A DNA stretch of 64,000 nt from Eledone cirrhosa (GCA_964016885.1 OZ024766.1:6634001-6698000), one strand, 5' to 3'; numbered from the stretch's first letter, positions 1-16,857 are shown. Numbers and translations: made by a program. The notes: generated by a model from the sequence alone, not told the origin.

Positions 1-3000
1 TTGGTGTTAAGTGACTGAGAGTACAAGACTTCCCCCTGGACAGGACACCAGTCCACCACAGGGTTAAAGTCTGTCTTAGTTTCATTGGTATTAAGTGACT
101 GAGAGTAGAAGACTTCCCCCTGGACAGGACACCAGTCCATCACAGGGTTGAAGTCTGTCTTAGTTTCATTGGTATTAAGTGACTGAGAGTACAAGACTTC
201 CCCCTGGACAGGACACCAGTCCACCACAGGGTTAAAGTATGTCTTAGTTTCATTGGTGTTAAGTGACTGAGAGTACAAGACTTCCCCCTGGACAGGACAC
301 CAGTCCATCACAGGGTTAAAGTCTGTCTTAGTTTCATTGGTGTTAAGTGACTGAGAGTACAAGACTTCCCCCTGGACAGGACACCAGTCCACCACAGGGT
401 TAAAGTATGTCTTAGTTTCATTGGTGTTAAGTGACTGAGAGTACAAGACTTCCCCCTGGACAGGACACCAGTCCACCACAGGGTTAAAGTATGTCTTAGT
501 TTCATTGGTGTTAAGTGACTGAGAGTACAAGACTTCCCCCTGGACAGGACACCAGTCCATCACAGGGTTAAAGTCTGTCTTAGTTTCATTGGTGTTAAGT
601 GACTGAGAGTACAAGACTTCCCCCTGGACAGGACACCAGTCCATCAGAGGGTTAAAGTCTGTCTTAGTTTCATTGGTGTTAAGTGACTGAGAGTACAAGA
701 CTTCCCCCTGGACAGGACACCAGTCCATCACAGGGTTAAAGTCTGTCTTAGTTTCATTGGTGTTAAGTGACTGAGAGTACAAGACTTCCCCCTGGACAGG
801 ACACCAGTCCATCACAGGGTTAAAGTCTGTCTTAGTTTCATTGGTGTTAAGTGACTGAGAGTACAAGACTTCCCCCTGGACAGGACACCAGTCCATCACA
901 GGGTTAAAGTCTGTCTTAGTTTCATTGGTGTTAAGTGACTGAGAGTACAAGACTTCCCCCTGGACAGGACACCAGTCCATCACAGGGTTAAAGTCTGTCT
1001 TAGTTTCATTGGTGTTAAGTGACTGAGAGTACAAGACTTCCCCCTGGACAGGACACCAGTCCATCACAGGGTTAAAGTATGTTTTAGTTTCATTGGTGTT
1101 AAGTGACTGAGAGTACAAGACTTCCCCCTGGACAGGACACCAGTCCACCACAGGGTTAAAGTCTGTCTTAGTTTCATTGGTATTAAGTGACTGAGAGTAG
1201 AAGACTTCCCCCTGGACAGGACACCAGTCCATCACAGGGTTAAAGTCTGTCTTAGTTTCATTGGTATTAAGTGACTGAGAGTACAAGACTTCCCCCTGGA
1301 CAGGACACCAGTCCACCACAGGGTTAAAGTATGTCTTAGTTTCATTGGTGTTAAGTGACTGAGAGTACAAGACTTCCCCCTGGACAGGACACCAGTCCAT
1401 CACAGGGTTAAAGTCTGTCTTAGTTTCATTGGTGTTAAGTGACTGAGAGTACAAGACTTCCCCCTGGACAGGACACCAGTCCATCACAGGGTTAAAGTCT
1501 GTCTTAGTTTCATTGGTGTTAAGTGACTGAGAGTACAAGACTTCCCCCTCGACAGGACACCAGTCCATCACAGGGTTAAAGTCTGTCTTAGTTTCATTGG
1601 TGTTAAGTGACTGAGAGTACAAGACTTCCCCCTGGACAGGACACCAGTCCATCACAGGGTTAAAGTCTGTCTTAGTTTCATTGGTGTTAAGTGACTGAGA
1701 GTACAAGACTTCCCCCTGGACAGGACACCAGTCCATCACAGGGTTAAAGTCTGTCTTAGTTTCATTGGTGTTAAGTGACTGAGAGTACAAGACTTCCCCC
1801 TGGACAGGACACCAGTCCATCACAGGGTTAAAGTCTGTCTTAGTTTCATTGGTGTTAAGTGACTGAGAGTACAAGACTTCCCCCTGGACAGGACACCAGT
1901 CCATCACAGGGTTAAAGTATGTTTTAGTTTCATTGGTGTTAAGTGACTGAGAGTACAAGACTTCCCCCTGGACAGGACACCAGTCCACCACAGGGTTAAA
2001 GTCTGTCTTAGTTTCATTGGTATTAAGTGACTGAGAGTAGAAGACTTCCCCCTGGACAGGACACCAGTCCATCACAGGGTTAAAGTCTGTCTTAGTTTCA
2101 TTGGTGTTAAGTGACTGAGAGTACAAGACTTCCCCCTGGACAGGACACCAGTCCACCACAGGGTTAAAGTATGTCTTAGTTTCATTGGTGTTAAGTGACT
2201 GAGAGTACAAGACTTCCCCGTGGACAGGACACCAGTCCACCACAGGGTTAAAGTATGTCTTAGTTTGATTGGTGTTAAGTGACTGAGAGTACAAGACTTC
2301 CCCCTGGACAGGACACCAGTCCATCACAGGGTTAAAGTCTGTCTTAGTTTCATTGGTGTTAAGTGACTGAGAGTACAAGACTTCCCCCTGGACAGGACAC
2401 CAGTCCATCACAGGGTTAAAGTATGTCTTAGTTTCATTGGTGTTAAGTGACTGAGAGTACAAGACTTCCCCCCTGGACAGGACACCAGTCCATCACAGGG
2501 TTAAAGTCTGTCTTAGTTTCATTGGTGTTAAGTGACTGAGAGTAGAAGACTTCCCCCTGGACAGGACACCAGTCCATCACAGGGTTAAAGTCTGTCTTAG
2601 TTTCATTGGTGTTAAGTGACTGACAGTACAAGACTTCCCTCTGGACAGGACACCAGTCCATCACAGGGTTAAAGTCTGTCTTAGTTTTATTGGTGTTAAG
2701 CGACTGAGAGTACAAGACTTCCCCCTGGACAGGACACCAGTCCATCACAGGGTTAAAGTATGTCTTAGTTTCATTGGTGTTAAGTGACTGAGAGTACAAG
2801 ACTTCCCCCTGGACAGGACACCAGTCCATCACAGGGTTAAAGTCTGTCTTAGTTTCATTGGTGTTAAGTAACTGAGAGTAGAAGACTTCCCCCTGGACAG
2901 GACACCAGTCCATCACAGGGTTAAAGTATGTCTTAGTTTCATTGGTGTTAAGTGACTGAGAGTACAAGACTTCTCCCTGGACAGGACACCAGTCCATCAC

Positions 3001-3056
3001 AGGGTTAAAGTATGTCTTAGTTTCATTGGTGTTAAGTAACTGAGAGTAGAAGACTT
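1..3056. repeat. 84-bp tandem satellite, about 36 copies, runs off the window start
   Basis: Unit ttggtgttaagtgactgagagtacaagacttccccctggacaggacaccagtccatcacagggttaaagtctgtcttagtttca recurs in register at 1, 421, 841, 1261, 1681, 2101 (5x84 spacing), with few substitutions. Confidence 0.98.
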
Positions 3057-3190
3057 GTAGTCTCAGTCAAAAGCAAGAACCGAAATTTAATGACACTCAG
3101 TAGATTCTCTCTCTCTCTCTCTCTTTCATTGTTTCAGCAGGTTCTTTCTTTCGTTCTCTCTCTCTCCTTCTCTCTCTCTCTCTATTCCAG

Positions 3191-4349
3191 GAATCTCTAC
3201 ACTGTCCACTATGCCAGAATCTTAATACCGATCGGCATCATCTGTTTCATATGTCTGCTCCTCGTCTTTCTCTACGAGCTGTGTGTGATGTTCTGCACAG
3301 CATCCTCAGCGGAAACGTCCAACTGCTGGACAGACGGAAACCAGACGAACTCCTCCCGCCGCTCTCGACGACGCGGCGACGAAGACGGTAACCAGGGAAA
3401 CAACAACAACCATCCCCCTCCGAGCTACGGAAGCACCACCAACAGAAACATCCCCATAGACAGACCCCCACCTTACTCATCGATCGTCTTTCCGTCAGCT
3501 CCCATGCCTCCCTCCGAGGGTCACTTGGAGATTTTTTGCTTCGACGACAACGACGATGATGATGATGCCAGGAGCGGCACTGGGCCTCTTGGCGGCGGCG
3601 GCGGCGGGAGTGGAAGTCCCGCGGTGATTCTGCCCGTCATGGATCCGGAGTTGCTCCGCCAGATCATCGTCCTGCGTCGCATCGACGGCACGGAACACTA
3701 CCGGATCCTGGAGAAGTACGACGACTGGGTGCCCACCCCACCGGGCCAGCTGCACGGCGCCACCGCGCCGCCGTTCCTCGCCGCCGCCGCCGCCGCCGCC
3801 GCAACACGAACGTGCCGCCAACGTCAACAACAACAACAACAACACCAGCAACAGCAACAGCATGAAGAAGAATGCCATTATGAATCGTCACAAGATTTAG
3901 ATCTAGAAAAAGGACAACAACAGCAACAACAACAACAGCAACAAGAACTACAACAACAACAGCAACAAGATGATCAAGAACAACTGCAGCTCCAACAATT
4001 ACAACAATTACAACAAGAACAACAAGAAGGAAGCCATTTTGAAATTCGAAGGTATTTAGACCCAGAAAAGGGACAACAGCAACAAGAATTAGAGCAGCAG
4101 CAGCAACACCCACGGCGACGGTCACACCGTAATCGACACCGCCACGACCGACCCCACAGACACCAACAACAACAACAACAACAACAACAACAAGAGCTCC
4201 AACAGCAACATGAACAAGGGCTGTACGCCGTCCCCCGCATGAGGGACTTGAACTCACCGTCCCCGCCTTTACATTTACCCTCAGGGGTCCCTGATGAAAC
4301 GACTCTGTACCAAAACTGTTACCCTCCACCCCCATATGAGGCTCAGTAG
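3191..4349 (+). CDS. Probable terminal coding exon of a single-pass membrane protein with PPxY motifs and polyQ tracts
   Basis: Polypyrimidine tract and acceptor tctattccag| at 3190. The open GC-rich frame runs to TAG at 4349. Hydrophobic segment ILIPIGIICFICLLLVFLYELCVMFC is followed by PPPSY, PPPY and C-terminal PPPPY. Upstream exons are not seen. Confidence 0.75.
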
Positions 4350-4436
4350 CTCCGCCTCACTCTCCACCCATGGTCCTGTCCCCAAATGATCCCATATTAG
4401 CCCCAACCTATCTATTTTTAGATCAAAAATCATTTC

Positions 4437-5430
4437 ACTTTACCCCCTAAATTTTCCCCCTTTACCCACAAAATTTTCTGCTATGCCCCTAAATTTTCCC
4501 CTTTACCCACAACATTTTGTGCTTTGCCCCTCAATTTTTCCCGTTTATCCACAAAATTTTCTGCTTTGCTCCTAAATGTTCCCCTTTACCCACAAAATTT
4601 TCTGCTATGCCCCTAAATTTTCCCGTTTATCCACAAAATTTTCTCCTTTGCTCCTAAATTTTCTGCTTTATCCACAAATCTTCCCTTTCATACCGCCCCT
4701 AAATTTTCCCCATTATTCACAAAGTTCCACTTTACCCTCTGAATTTTCCATGCTAGCACTAAATCTTTTTTCCACTATCCCCTAAATGTTTCCTCTCTAC
4801 CAACAAAATTACACTTTACCTTAGAAATTTTGCCTTCAGCCTTACAAATTTTGCCTTCAGCCTTACAAATTTTGCCTTCAGCCTTACAAATTTTCCCCTC
4901 AGCCTTACAAATTTTCTCCACTCAACCTTACAAATTTTCCCCTCAGCCTTACAAATTTTGCACACACAACCTTACAAAATTTTGCCCACTCAACCTTACA
5001 AAATTTTGCCCACTCATCCTTACAAAATTTTGCCCACTCAACCTTACAAAATTTTTCATCTTAGTCTTACAAATTTCCCCCTCAGCCTTACAAATTTTCC
5101 CCTCAGCCTTAGAAATTTTTCCCTCAGCCCTACAAATTTTGCCCACTCAGCCTTACAAATTTTGCCCACTCAGCCTTACAAATTTTCCCCTCAGCCCTAT
5201 AAATTTTCCCCCTCAGCCTTACAAATTTTTCCCTCAGCCCTACAAATTTTGCCCACTCAGCCTTACACATTTTGCCCACTAAGATTTAAAAATTTTGCCT
5301 ACTCAGCCTTACAAATTTTCCCCTTTGCCTTCAAATTTCCCCTCAGTCTTACAAATTTTCCTCTCAAACTTAAAAATGTTGCTCCCGGTCTTGCAAATTT
5401 TTCCCCCGACCCTCAGATTTTGCCCCTGAG
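4437..5430. repeat. Degenerate ~21-22 bp minisatellite (ccctcagccttacaaatttt-like)
   Basis: Repeated cttacaaatttt(g/c)ccc motif with strong G depletion on the + strand. Confidence 0.9.
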
Positions 5431-5553
5431 CCCTACATATGTTTGTCATATATTTGAGTATATATTGTATATATTGGTAGACAGATATCATGACTGTGGT
5501 AAGACCAGCTGTCCCTCTCTGGCTTAACTATTGTTTACAGTTGTATATAGGTC

Positions 5554-6360
<807 letters not shown>

Positions 6361-6560
6361 TGTGATGCGTATGAAGGATGACAGCTGCATAAAAAGGTGC
6401 AGAGCACTAGAAGTTGATGGAAACCGCGGAGTGAGGAGACCCAAGATGACCTGGGATGAGGTGATAAAAGCCGACCTTACCCAATTACACCTCTCAAAGA
6501 CAATGACACACGACCGTGACTTCTGGCGTCACGCAGTAATACAGGGTACCCGACCTCCCA
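6361..6560 (+). mobile_element. RTE-clade LINE 3' coding remnant
   Basis: Translation VMRMKDDSCIKRCRALEVDGNRGVRRPKMTWDEVIKADL..DRDFWR matches the RTE ORF C-terminal GxRxxGRPxxTW..DRxxWR pattern. Confidence 0.8.
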
Positions 6561-6599
6561 TGGGTACAAGCTGAAGCATATAGACAATATGCCCCCACA

Positions 6600-6877
6600 C
6601 CCCCACTGCAAGGTGGTCGTGGAGGTGTCACAGCAAAAAAGCACCCAGCCCACACTGTAAAGTGGACGTGTAGGCGCCACGAAAAAGCACCCAGCACTCA
6701 CTGTAAATGAGGTTGGTGTTAGGAAGGGCATCCAGCTGTAGAAATCAAGCCAGATCAGTTCCTGTATGAGCAAGGCAAGGTCAGCCGACCAGACACTGCC
6801 CACAACAGGACAACCCGTCTAACCCATGCTAGCGTGGAAGAACGGACGTAAAACGGTGATGATGATGATGATGATGA
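6600..6877 (+). mobile_element. SINE body and RTE-like tail, 5' truncated
   Basis: gttggtgttaggaagggcatccagctgtagaaa body shared with the other SINE copies. Ends aacccatgctagcgtggaagaacggacgtaaaacg followed by (gat)n. Confidence 0.8.
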
Positions 6878-6905
6878 TATATATATATATATAAATATAT
6901 TTATA

Positions 6906-7112
6906 TATAGGAACGAGTAGGACACCAACGGCTGAGCTCAAGCCGTTTCGACGGCTAATCCTGGACGCATTGAGTCCAGAATTAGCCGTCGAAACGGCTT
7001 GAGCTCAGCCGCCGGGGTCCTACTCGTTCCTATTACCCACTCTACTACCCTAAGTATTGAGTACTTTGGTGCGTTATGGTCCACCTGGTTCCTTACCACA
7101 TTTCCTTCGTTA
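6906..7112 (+). mobile_element. Fold-back element family A in (TA)n; probable Penelope-like pLTR remnant carrying the 3' half of a hammerhead
   Basis: About 60-bp inverted arms (ataggaacgagtaggac...ctggac / gtccag...gtcctactcgttcctat) plus an ~80-bp unpaired tail. Near-identical copy at 16891-17099. Confidence 0.75.
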
Positions 7113-7157
7113 TATTTATATATATATATATTTATATATATATATATATAGAGAGAG

Positions 7158-7314
7158 AGAAAGGCTTCTGCAGGACTAGAACTGTTTCATTCCCACATGA
7201 AACAGTTCTAGTCCTGTAGAAGCCTCTCTATATTAAATATTTATACTCTGCTGTGTATTGAGTACCTTACTGACTGTGGTTACCCCCCCCCCCCCCCGAT
7301 TCAACCTGGGATAC
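7158..7314 (+). mobile_element. Fold-back element family B
   Basis: Arms aggcttct(g/a)caggactagaactgtttcat / atgaaacagttctagtcctgtagaagcct plus tail. Relatives at 13269, 16681 and 29821. Confidence 0.75.
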
Positions 7315-7664
7315 TCATCATCATCATCATCATCATTTCATTCTACGTCCACTTTTCCCTGCTTGCAAGGGTGGGACAGGAACTGATTCTGGCTTGATTT
7401 CTACAGCTGGATGCCCTTCCTAACACCAACCTCATTTACAGTGAGTGCTGGGTGTTTTTATGCCATGGCACCTCCACGTCCACTTTGCAGTGGAATGATA
7501 GGGACCCCAGTCCCTATCATCTCATTTCTACAGCTGAGTAAACTGGAGCAATGTGAAATAAAGTGTCTTGCTCAAGGAAACAACACATCACCCGGTCTGA
7601 GAATTGAACTCACAACCTTTCGATTGCAAGGCCAATGCTCTAACCACTAAGCCATGTGCCTCCA
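7315..7664 (-). mobile_element. Full-length tRNA-derived SINE with RTE-type tail
   Basis: The minus strand starts ggaggcacaTGGCTTAGTGG (A box), then GAGTTCAATTC (B box) and ccttgagcaagacact, and ends in (gat)n. Near-identical copies at 36724, 48490 and 52597. Confidence 0.9.
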
Positions 7665-7990
7665 TATATATATATATAAACTTGCCAGAGTGTACTGGGT
7701 GTATTCTATCGTGACACCAACACTACCGCTGTACAGAGTGTACTGGGTGTATTTTCCCATGACACCAACAGTGCTAGAGGTACAAATGCTAGGGGTAAAA
7801 ATGCCAGGGGTACAAATGGCAGGGGTACAAATGCCAGGGGTACAAATGGCAGGGGTACAAATGCCAGGGGTACAAATGGCAGGGGTACAATTTCTACAGC
7901 TGAGTAAACTGGAGCAATGTGAAATAAAGTGTCTTGCTCAAGGAAACAACACACATATATATATATATATATATATTTATTTATACATAT

Positions 7991-8263
7991 GGGGATGTGA
8001 TGCGCATGGAGGATGACCGCTCGGTGAAGAAGTGCCAGAAAATGCCAGTAGAAGGAAGACGCAGTAGAGGAAGACCACGTAAAACATGGGCAGGGCTGGT
8101 GAGAGCAGACCTCAGATCGCTGAAGCTCGCGGTGGAGATGACGAAGGACCGTGACAAGTGGAGAGAGAGAGAGAGATGCTGTGCTGAATAGGACCCGTCC
8201 CACCCTTGCAAGCAGGGAAAAGCAGACGTAAAATCATGATGATGATGATGATGATGATGATGA
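7991..8263 (+). mobile_element. RTE-clade LINE 3' end
   Basis: GDVMRMEDDRSVKKC..VEGRRSRGRPRKTW..DRDKWR, followed by 3'UTR cccacccttgcaagcagggaaaagcagacgtaaaat and (gat)n. Confidence 0.85.
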
Positions 8264-8399
8264 TACATATATATATATCCAGGGAATGTAATGTGGAGTT
8301 ACTGTAGGCTCATTCAGGTGAGTACTCAATGTTTAGGTTCACTTCTGTGTCCAGGTGTAGAGCTAGACAGAATGTAATATAATAATACAAGGACGATTA

Positions 8400-8579
8400 G
8401 TTAAGCCTTCATTACATTTATTGATGGGTGACACGTGTTTCACTATTGATCAGCTCAAGGTTCGCTCTGTATTGATCTGGCCCGATTCTCGAATCAATAC
8501 AATAGAGGTCCAACGAGCTTTTGATTCTAGAGTCAGGTCAGATTGATACAGATCGAACCTCGCGCTGATCAATAGTGAT

Positions 8580-8580
<1 letters not shown>
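8400..8580 (-). mobile_element. Fold-back element family C with hammerhead 3' half
   Basis: cactattgatcagc...gctgatcaatagtg inverted pair. The minus strand reads GAAAC-ACGT-GTC then AATAAA. Relative at about 38915-39030. Confidence 0.6.
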
Positions 8581-12742
<4,162 letters not shown>

Positions 12743-13227
12743 AAAACAAGGAAAAAAAGAAGACGAAAAAGAAGGTAGAAGAAAAAGAAGAAAAAGGCAA
12801 AAGAAAATGAAGAAAAAGAAGGAAGAAAAAGGCAGGAAAAGAAGACGAAGGAAGGAGGGGGGGAGACGAACGCCAGAGATATTTTCAAGAAGAGATTAAA
12901 TGTTAAACTTTGAGTCAATAAATCTATTAAAATGATAAAAAATCTGTGTATATTGATTATTGATTTTATATTGATCGTTTTGAGGGATTTTTGATGTTAT
13001 TAAATCATTTTTTTTGGGGGGGGGGGCTTAGCTGTTATTTAAAACCTTTTTTGTGTGTATATATGTTTTTTTTTTTGTTTTTTTTTTTAATAAATGATTG
13101 ATATGGGTCATGTGATTGACGTGACCCTGAATGTGGTTTGATAATTATGAGGAAAAAAATAAACCCCAGAAAAGCACAAGCAGGGGACAGCAGTCCCTTC
13201 TTCAGTTGTCTGCTGGAGATCACGGAC

Positions 13228-13268
<41 letters not shown>

Positions 13269-13271
<3 letters not shown>

Positions 13272-13425
13272 TTAATATAGATGAGATTCTACAGGACTAG
13301 AACTGTTTCATTCTTTAGAAATCATCAATAATTCCTGATGAATCTCATCTATATTAAAACTTTTATACTCTGCAATGTATTGAGTACCTTACTGTGGTTA
13401 CCTCTGATTGAACCCGGAATAACGT
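13269..13425 (+). mobile_element. Fold-back element family B (rearranged)
   Basis: gttttaatatagatgagattc / gaatctcatctatattaaaac arms, with the same tail as 29821-29957. Confidence 0.7.
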
Positions 13426-13525
13426 ATATATATATATATATAACGAAGGAAATGTGGTAAGGAACCAGGTGGACCATAACGCACCAAAGTACTCAATACT
13501 TAGAGTAGTAGAGATATATACAGTG

Positions 13526-13563
13526 CGAGCTGAAGAGCCGCCAAGGTGAAACAATTGTTCTCG
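13526..13563 (+). ncRNA. Minimal type I hammerhead ribozyme motif
   Basis: CGAG-CUGAAGA-GCC gccaa GGU-GAAAC-AAUU-GUU-CUCG: stem I CGAG/CUCG, intact core, palindromic stem III ACAAUUGU. Confidence 0.75.
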
Positions 13564-13627
13564 GTATGGTGAACTAACTGTTGTGTTACCACTTGTATAT
13601 ATACTTCGATTTTACTAAACATCCATT

Positions 13628-13670
<43 letters not shown>

Positions 13671-13689
13671 TGTATATATATATATATAT

Positions 13690-13864
13690 ACTGTGGGAGC
13701 CCCTACATGGACACACTAGAAGTGGAAGACCAAGGTTAACGTATGTTGATGCCCTAAGGACAGACATTGGTCTGTTGGAGACGCAGGACATGGCAGCGAT
13801 AATGAGGGACAGAGACCGCTGGAGAGAACTCGTCCATGAATCTCGGGAATTTTACCCGCCTTAG
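13690..13864 (+). mobile_element. RTE-clade LINE 3' coding remnant (second family)
   Basis: LWEPLHGHTRSGRPRLTYVDALRTDIGL..MRDRDRWRELV, ending in a stop. Confidence 0.75.
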
Positions 13865-13890
<26 letters not shown>

Positions 13891-13895
<5 letters not shown>

Positions 13896-14457
13896 AAAGA
13901 ATAGAGGTGTAACACACAAGTTATTATATATTGGTAAACGGAATAGAAAATGCTGACAAATTGTTCACAGTTGAAAAATGGTTTAATTAGGAATAAAAGA
14001 GTATTAGTGATTGTATGGGTTAGTATTCAGTTGTGGTTTTAAGTTTTTACCGGTTGCGCATTTCTAAATGCTTTTCAAAAATAATTTTGAGATAGAGTGT
14101 CCGTGCTGTTTGCTCTGATTTGTCGGAATTCAAATCAAATCAAAGAAAGAAAGGAAAAATAACACCAACAACAACAGCAACAACAAAATCTTAGTTCTAC
14201 TACTTAATAATAATAGAGAGATTATTCAAAACAGCACGGACACTCTATCTCAAAATTATTTTTGAAAAGCATTTAGAAATGCGCAACCGGTAAAAACTTA
14301 AAAACTTAAAACCACAACTGAATACTAACCCATACAATCACTAATACTCTTTTATTCCTAATTAAACCATTTTTCAACTGTGAACAATTTGTCAGCATTT
14401 TCTATTCCGTTTACCAATATATAATAACTTGTGTGTTACACCTTTATTCTTTTAACT
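13891..14457. mobile_element. Large fold-back element (~220-bp arms, 117-bp spacer) in (TA)n
   Basis: 13891-14111 is the near-perfect reverse complement of 14229-14457, with an 8-bp duplication in the right arm. Contains degenerate hammerhead-like UUGAAAA-GCAUU..AAUGC-GCAAC-CG-GUA. Confidence 0.85.
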
Positions 14458-14509
14458 ATATATATATATATAATATAAGATCAAAAGATGGTTAAAGGAG
14501 TTCCATATA

Positions 14510-14576
14510 TTTTATTATGCGCATTTCAAAAACAAACATCATCATGCAATAATATTTGTGTTTTCATCAGATAAAA
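14510..14576 (-). ncRNA. Minimal type I hammerhead ribozyme motif
   Basis: UUUUAU-CUGAUGA-(long AU-rich stem II)-GAAAU-GCGC-AUA-AUAAAA: 6-bp stem I and palindromic stem III. Confidence 0.7.
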
Positions 14577-15207
14577 CAGGAGAACATGACATGAAGGCTA
14601 AAAAACACTCGTGGATAGTGCAGTTCTAAATCAACATATGAAAAGTGGTTTTAGATTGATGTGTGATATTGGGAAAAATATTTTATTTAGAGAGGGGGGG
14701 GATGAAAAGGGAGGGAGAGATGGGTGATAGAGAGAAAGAGATAGTTTTTATAACTGAGAGGAGATATATTTTTTACATAGAGAGGTTGAAAACCGTTGGA
14801 AGATACTGTATAAATTAAAAATTTTGAAAATTAACGAAGGGAGGATATGTGCGAGGAAAAATATTTTATTTAGGGAGGGGGGGTGGAAAGGATGAAAAAA
14901 AGGGGGAGGAGATGAGAGTGAAGGTGGAGAGGGAGAGATGGGTGATAGAGAGAAAGAGATAGTTTTTATAACTGAGAAAAAGATATATTGTTTTAATATA
15001 GAGAGGTTGGGAACCGTTGGAAGATAATGTATAAATTAAAGGAATTTGAAAATTAACGAAGGGAAATTATGTATGAAGATAGAGAGAAAAAAATAATAAT
15101 TGTGGGTGAATATTCTAACGTCAAAAAAAGAAATGTATGTATTGTGGCAATTTCAAAATTATCCGATATCTGCATTGCTTTATTGTACTACAATAAAACT
15201 CACCTCC

Positions 15208-15265
<58 letters not shown>

Positions 15266-15639
15266 GAAGTTAATAAGCCCACAGGTACAAAGTACCCCTG
15301 GAAATATATAGGGTGTCTATGATACAAGGGTTGTTCTATGGTATTAATTTGACATACCAGAACTATAATATTGAGATAAGCGGAGCAAGCAAAATTCAAA
15401 CAATTTTTCTAAATAAATTAAAAAATATAATTTAATTACCTATCCCAATTGCTTTTACCGAACGGTTTCACTTCACAAAAGATTGGAGATCAAAAAATTG
15501 TTTGAATGTTGCTTGCTCCGCTTATCTGAATATATATATATTATATTGTTATACTTGGGGAGGGTCATATTTGTGTAATATTGCCAGAATTAATAACAGA
15601 ACTCACTCACTGTTTGGTTGGTTTTCGCTTCTCGCTTCT

Positions 15640-16100
15640 GTGTCTTTTATATCGGTAATCTAACTTACTCGGTCCTCAATGCTGCCATTGACTGAACGAC
15701 GGTCAAAAATAATACAGATACAATATAGACACAAACACATATATATAGTTTATCATAAATCTTATATATATATAATAGAGAGAGGGAGAGAGAGAATAAG
15801 AAAGTGTGAAGTAGTTTCAGATGTTAAAGTCCTTTATTGATAAATCTGTGATACATATTTCAATGTGTCTTTTATATCGGTAATCTAACTTACTCGGTCC
15901 TCAATGCTGCCATTGACTGACCGACGGTCAAAAATAATACACAGATACAATATAGACACAAACACATATATATAGTTTATCATAAATCTTATATATATAT
16001 AATAGAGAGAGAGAGAGAGAGAGAGAGAGAATAAGAAAGTGTGAAGTAGTTTCAGATGTTAAAGTCCTTTATTGATAAAGCTGTGATACATATTTCAATG
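15640..16100. repeat. Direct tandem duplication of about 225-235 bp
   Basis: tgtgtcttttatatcggtaatc...gatacatatttcaatg occurs twice in tandem. Confidence 0.85.
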
Positions 16101-16156
16101 AGGACAGTGGCCACACAATTCCGTGTACCCGGTGCCGTGAACTCATCAGACAGCTT
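16078..16156 (-). ncRNA. Type I hammerhead ribozyme motif with extended stem II
   Basis: AAGCUGU-CUGAUGA-...-GAAAU-AUGU-AUC-ACAGCUU: 7-bp stem I, followed by AATAAA. Confidence 0.7.
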
Positions 16157-16614
16157 CTTACATAATAAGGTTACGTCTCCCGAGTTAATCCAAATTGAAA
16201 CGACAAGGGAACGGACAGAGAGTGGTCTTGAAGCCTGTCTTTCCTATGTGGAAAAAGTACGTTGAGTGCTTGAATTGAATTACATCAATATCTACCGTAA
16301 GTGTGTATATATATATTTATATTTATATCTTCTATTCTATGTTTGAGTTCAACGTAATCCTGTGACATAATTTTTCAGATGACACCTGATGAAATCGCCT
16401 AGTCTTGCATCATAATCAGCTGATGTTGTTGGGCCATCGAAATATGTATAGTGATTTTGTGGAAATAAAATTCTAAAGTAAATTTTCTAGTCTGGTCTTC
16501 TGTTGTTGTTTTAATGAATATATGAATATATATACATATATATATAAATGAAGTAATTCCGTCGGAAAAGAAACCACTGGTACATGAAATAATTGCCTTA
16601 TGTTGTTTATTACA

Positions 16615-16673
<59 letters not shown>

Positions 16674-16680
16674 ATATATA

Positions 16681-16857
16681 TAATATAGAAAAGGCTTCTA
16701 CAGGACTAGAACTGTTTCATTCGGGAGAAATCATCAGGAAGCCCTGAATGAAACAGTTCTAGTCCTGTAGAAGCCTTTTCTATATTAAATATCTATACTC
16801 TGCTTTGTAATGAGTACCTTACTTACTGTGGTTGCCCCCGATTCAACCCGTGATAAA

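Noticed and set aside
1-3056. CRISPR-like array or repeat protein (ORFs 308-505, 2443-3000)
   Set aside because: Units are contiguous with no unique spacers, the context is eukaryotic and there are no cas genes. The ORFs are just frames of an 84-bp (28-codon) satellite.
3090-3190. ATG at 3090 as the true start of the 419-aa ORF
   Set aside because: The first 33 codons are a (TC)n polypyrimidine tract ending in a good acceptor, so they are more likely intron.
6906-7033. miRNA precursors or classical TIR MITEs for the hairpins
   Set aside because: Asymmetric tails, copy-specific loops, embedded hammerhead motifs and (TA)n targeting fit PLE-type inverted truncations better.
7411-7650. Recurrent 79-aa ORF MPFLTPTSFTVSAGC.. 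(also 36816, 48573)
   Set aside because: It is an antisense reading of the SINE. Recurrence reflects SINE copy number.
7560-7664. tRNA genes at SINE heads
   Set aside because: A and B boxes are present but there is no complete cloverleaf, and they continue into SINE bodies.
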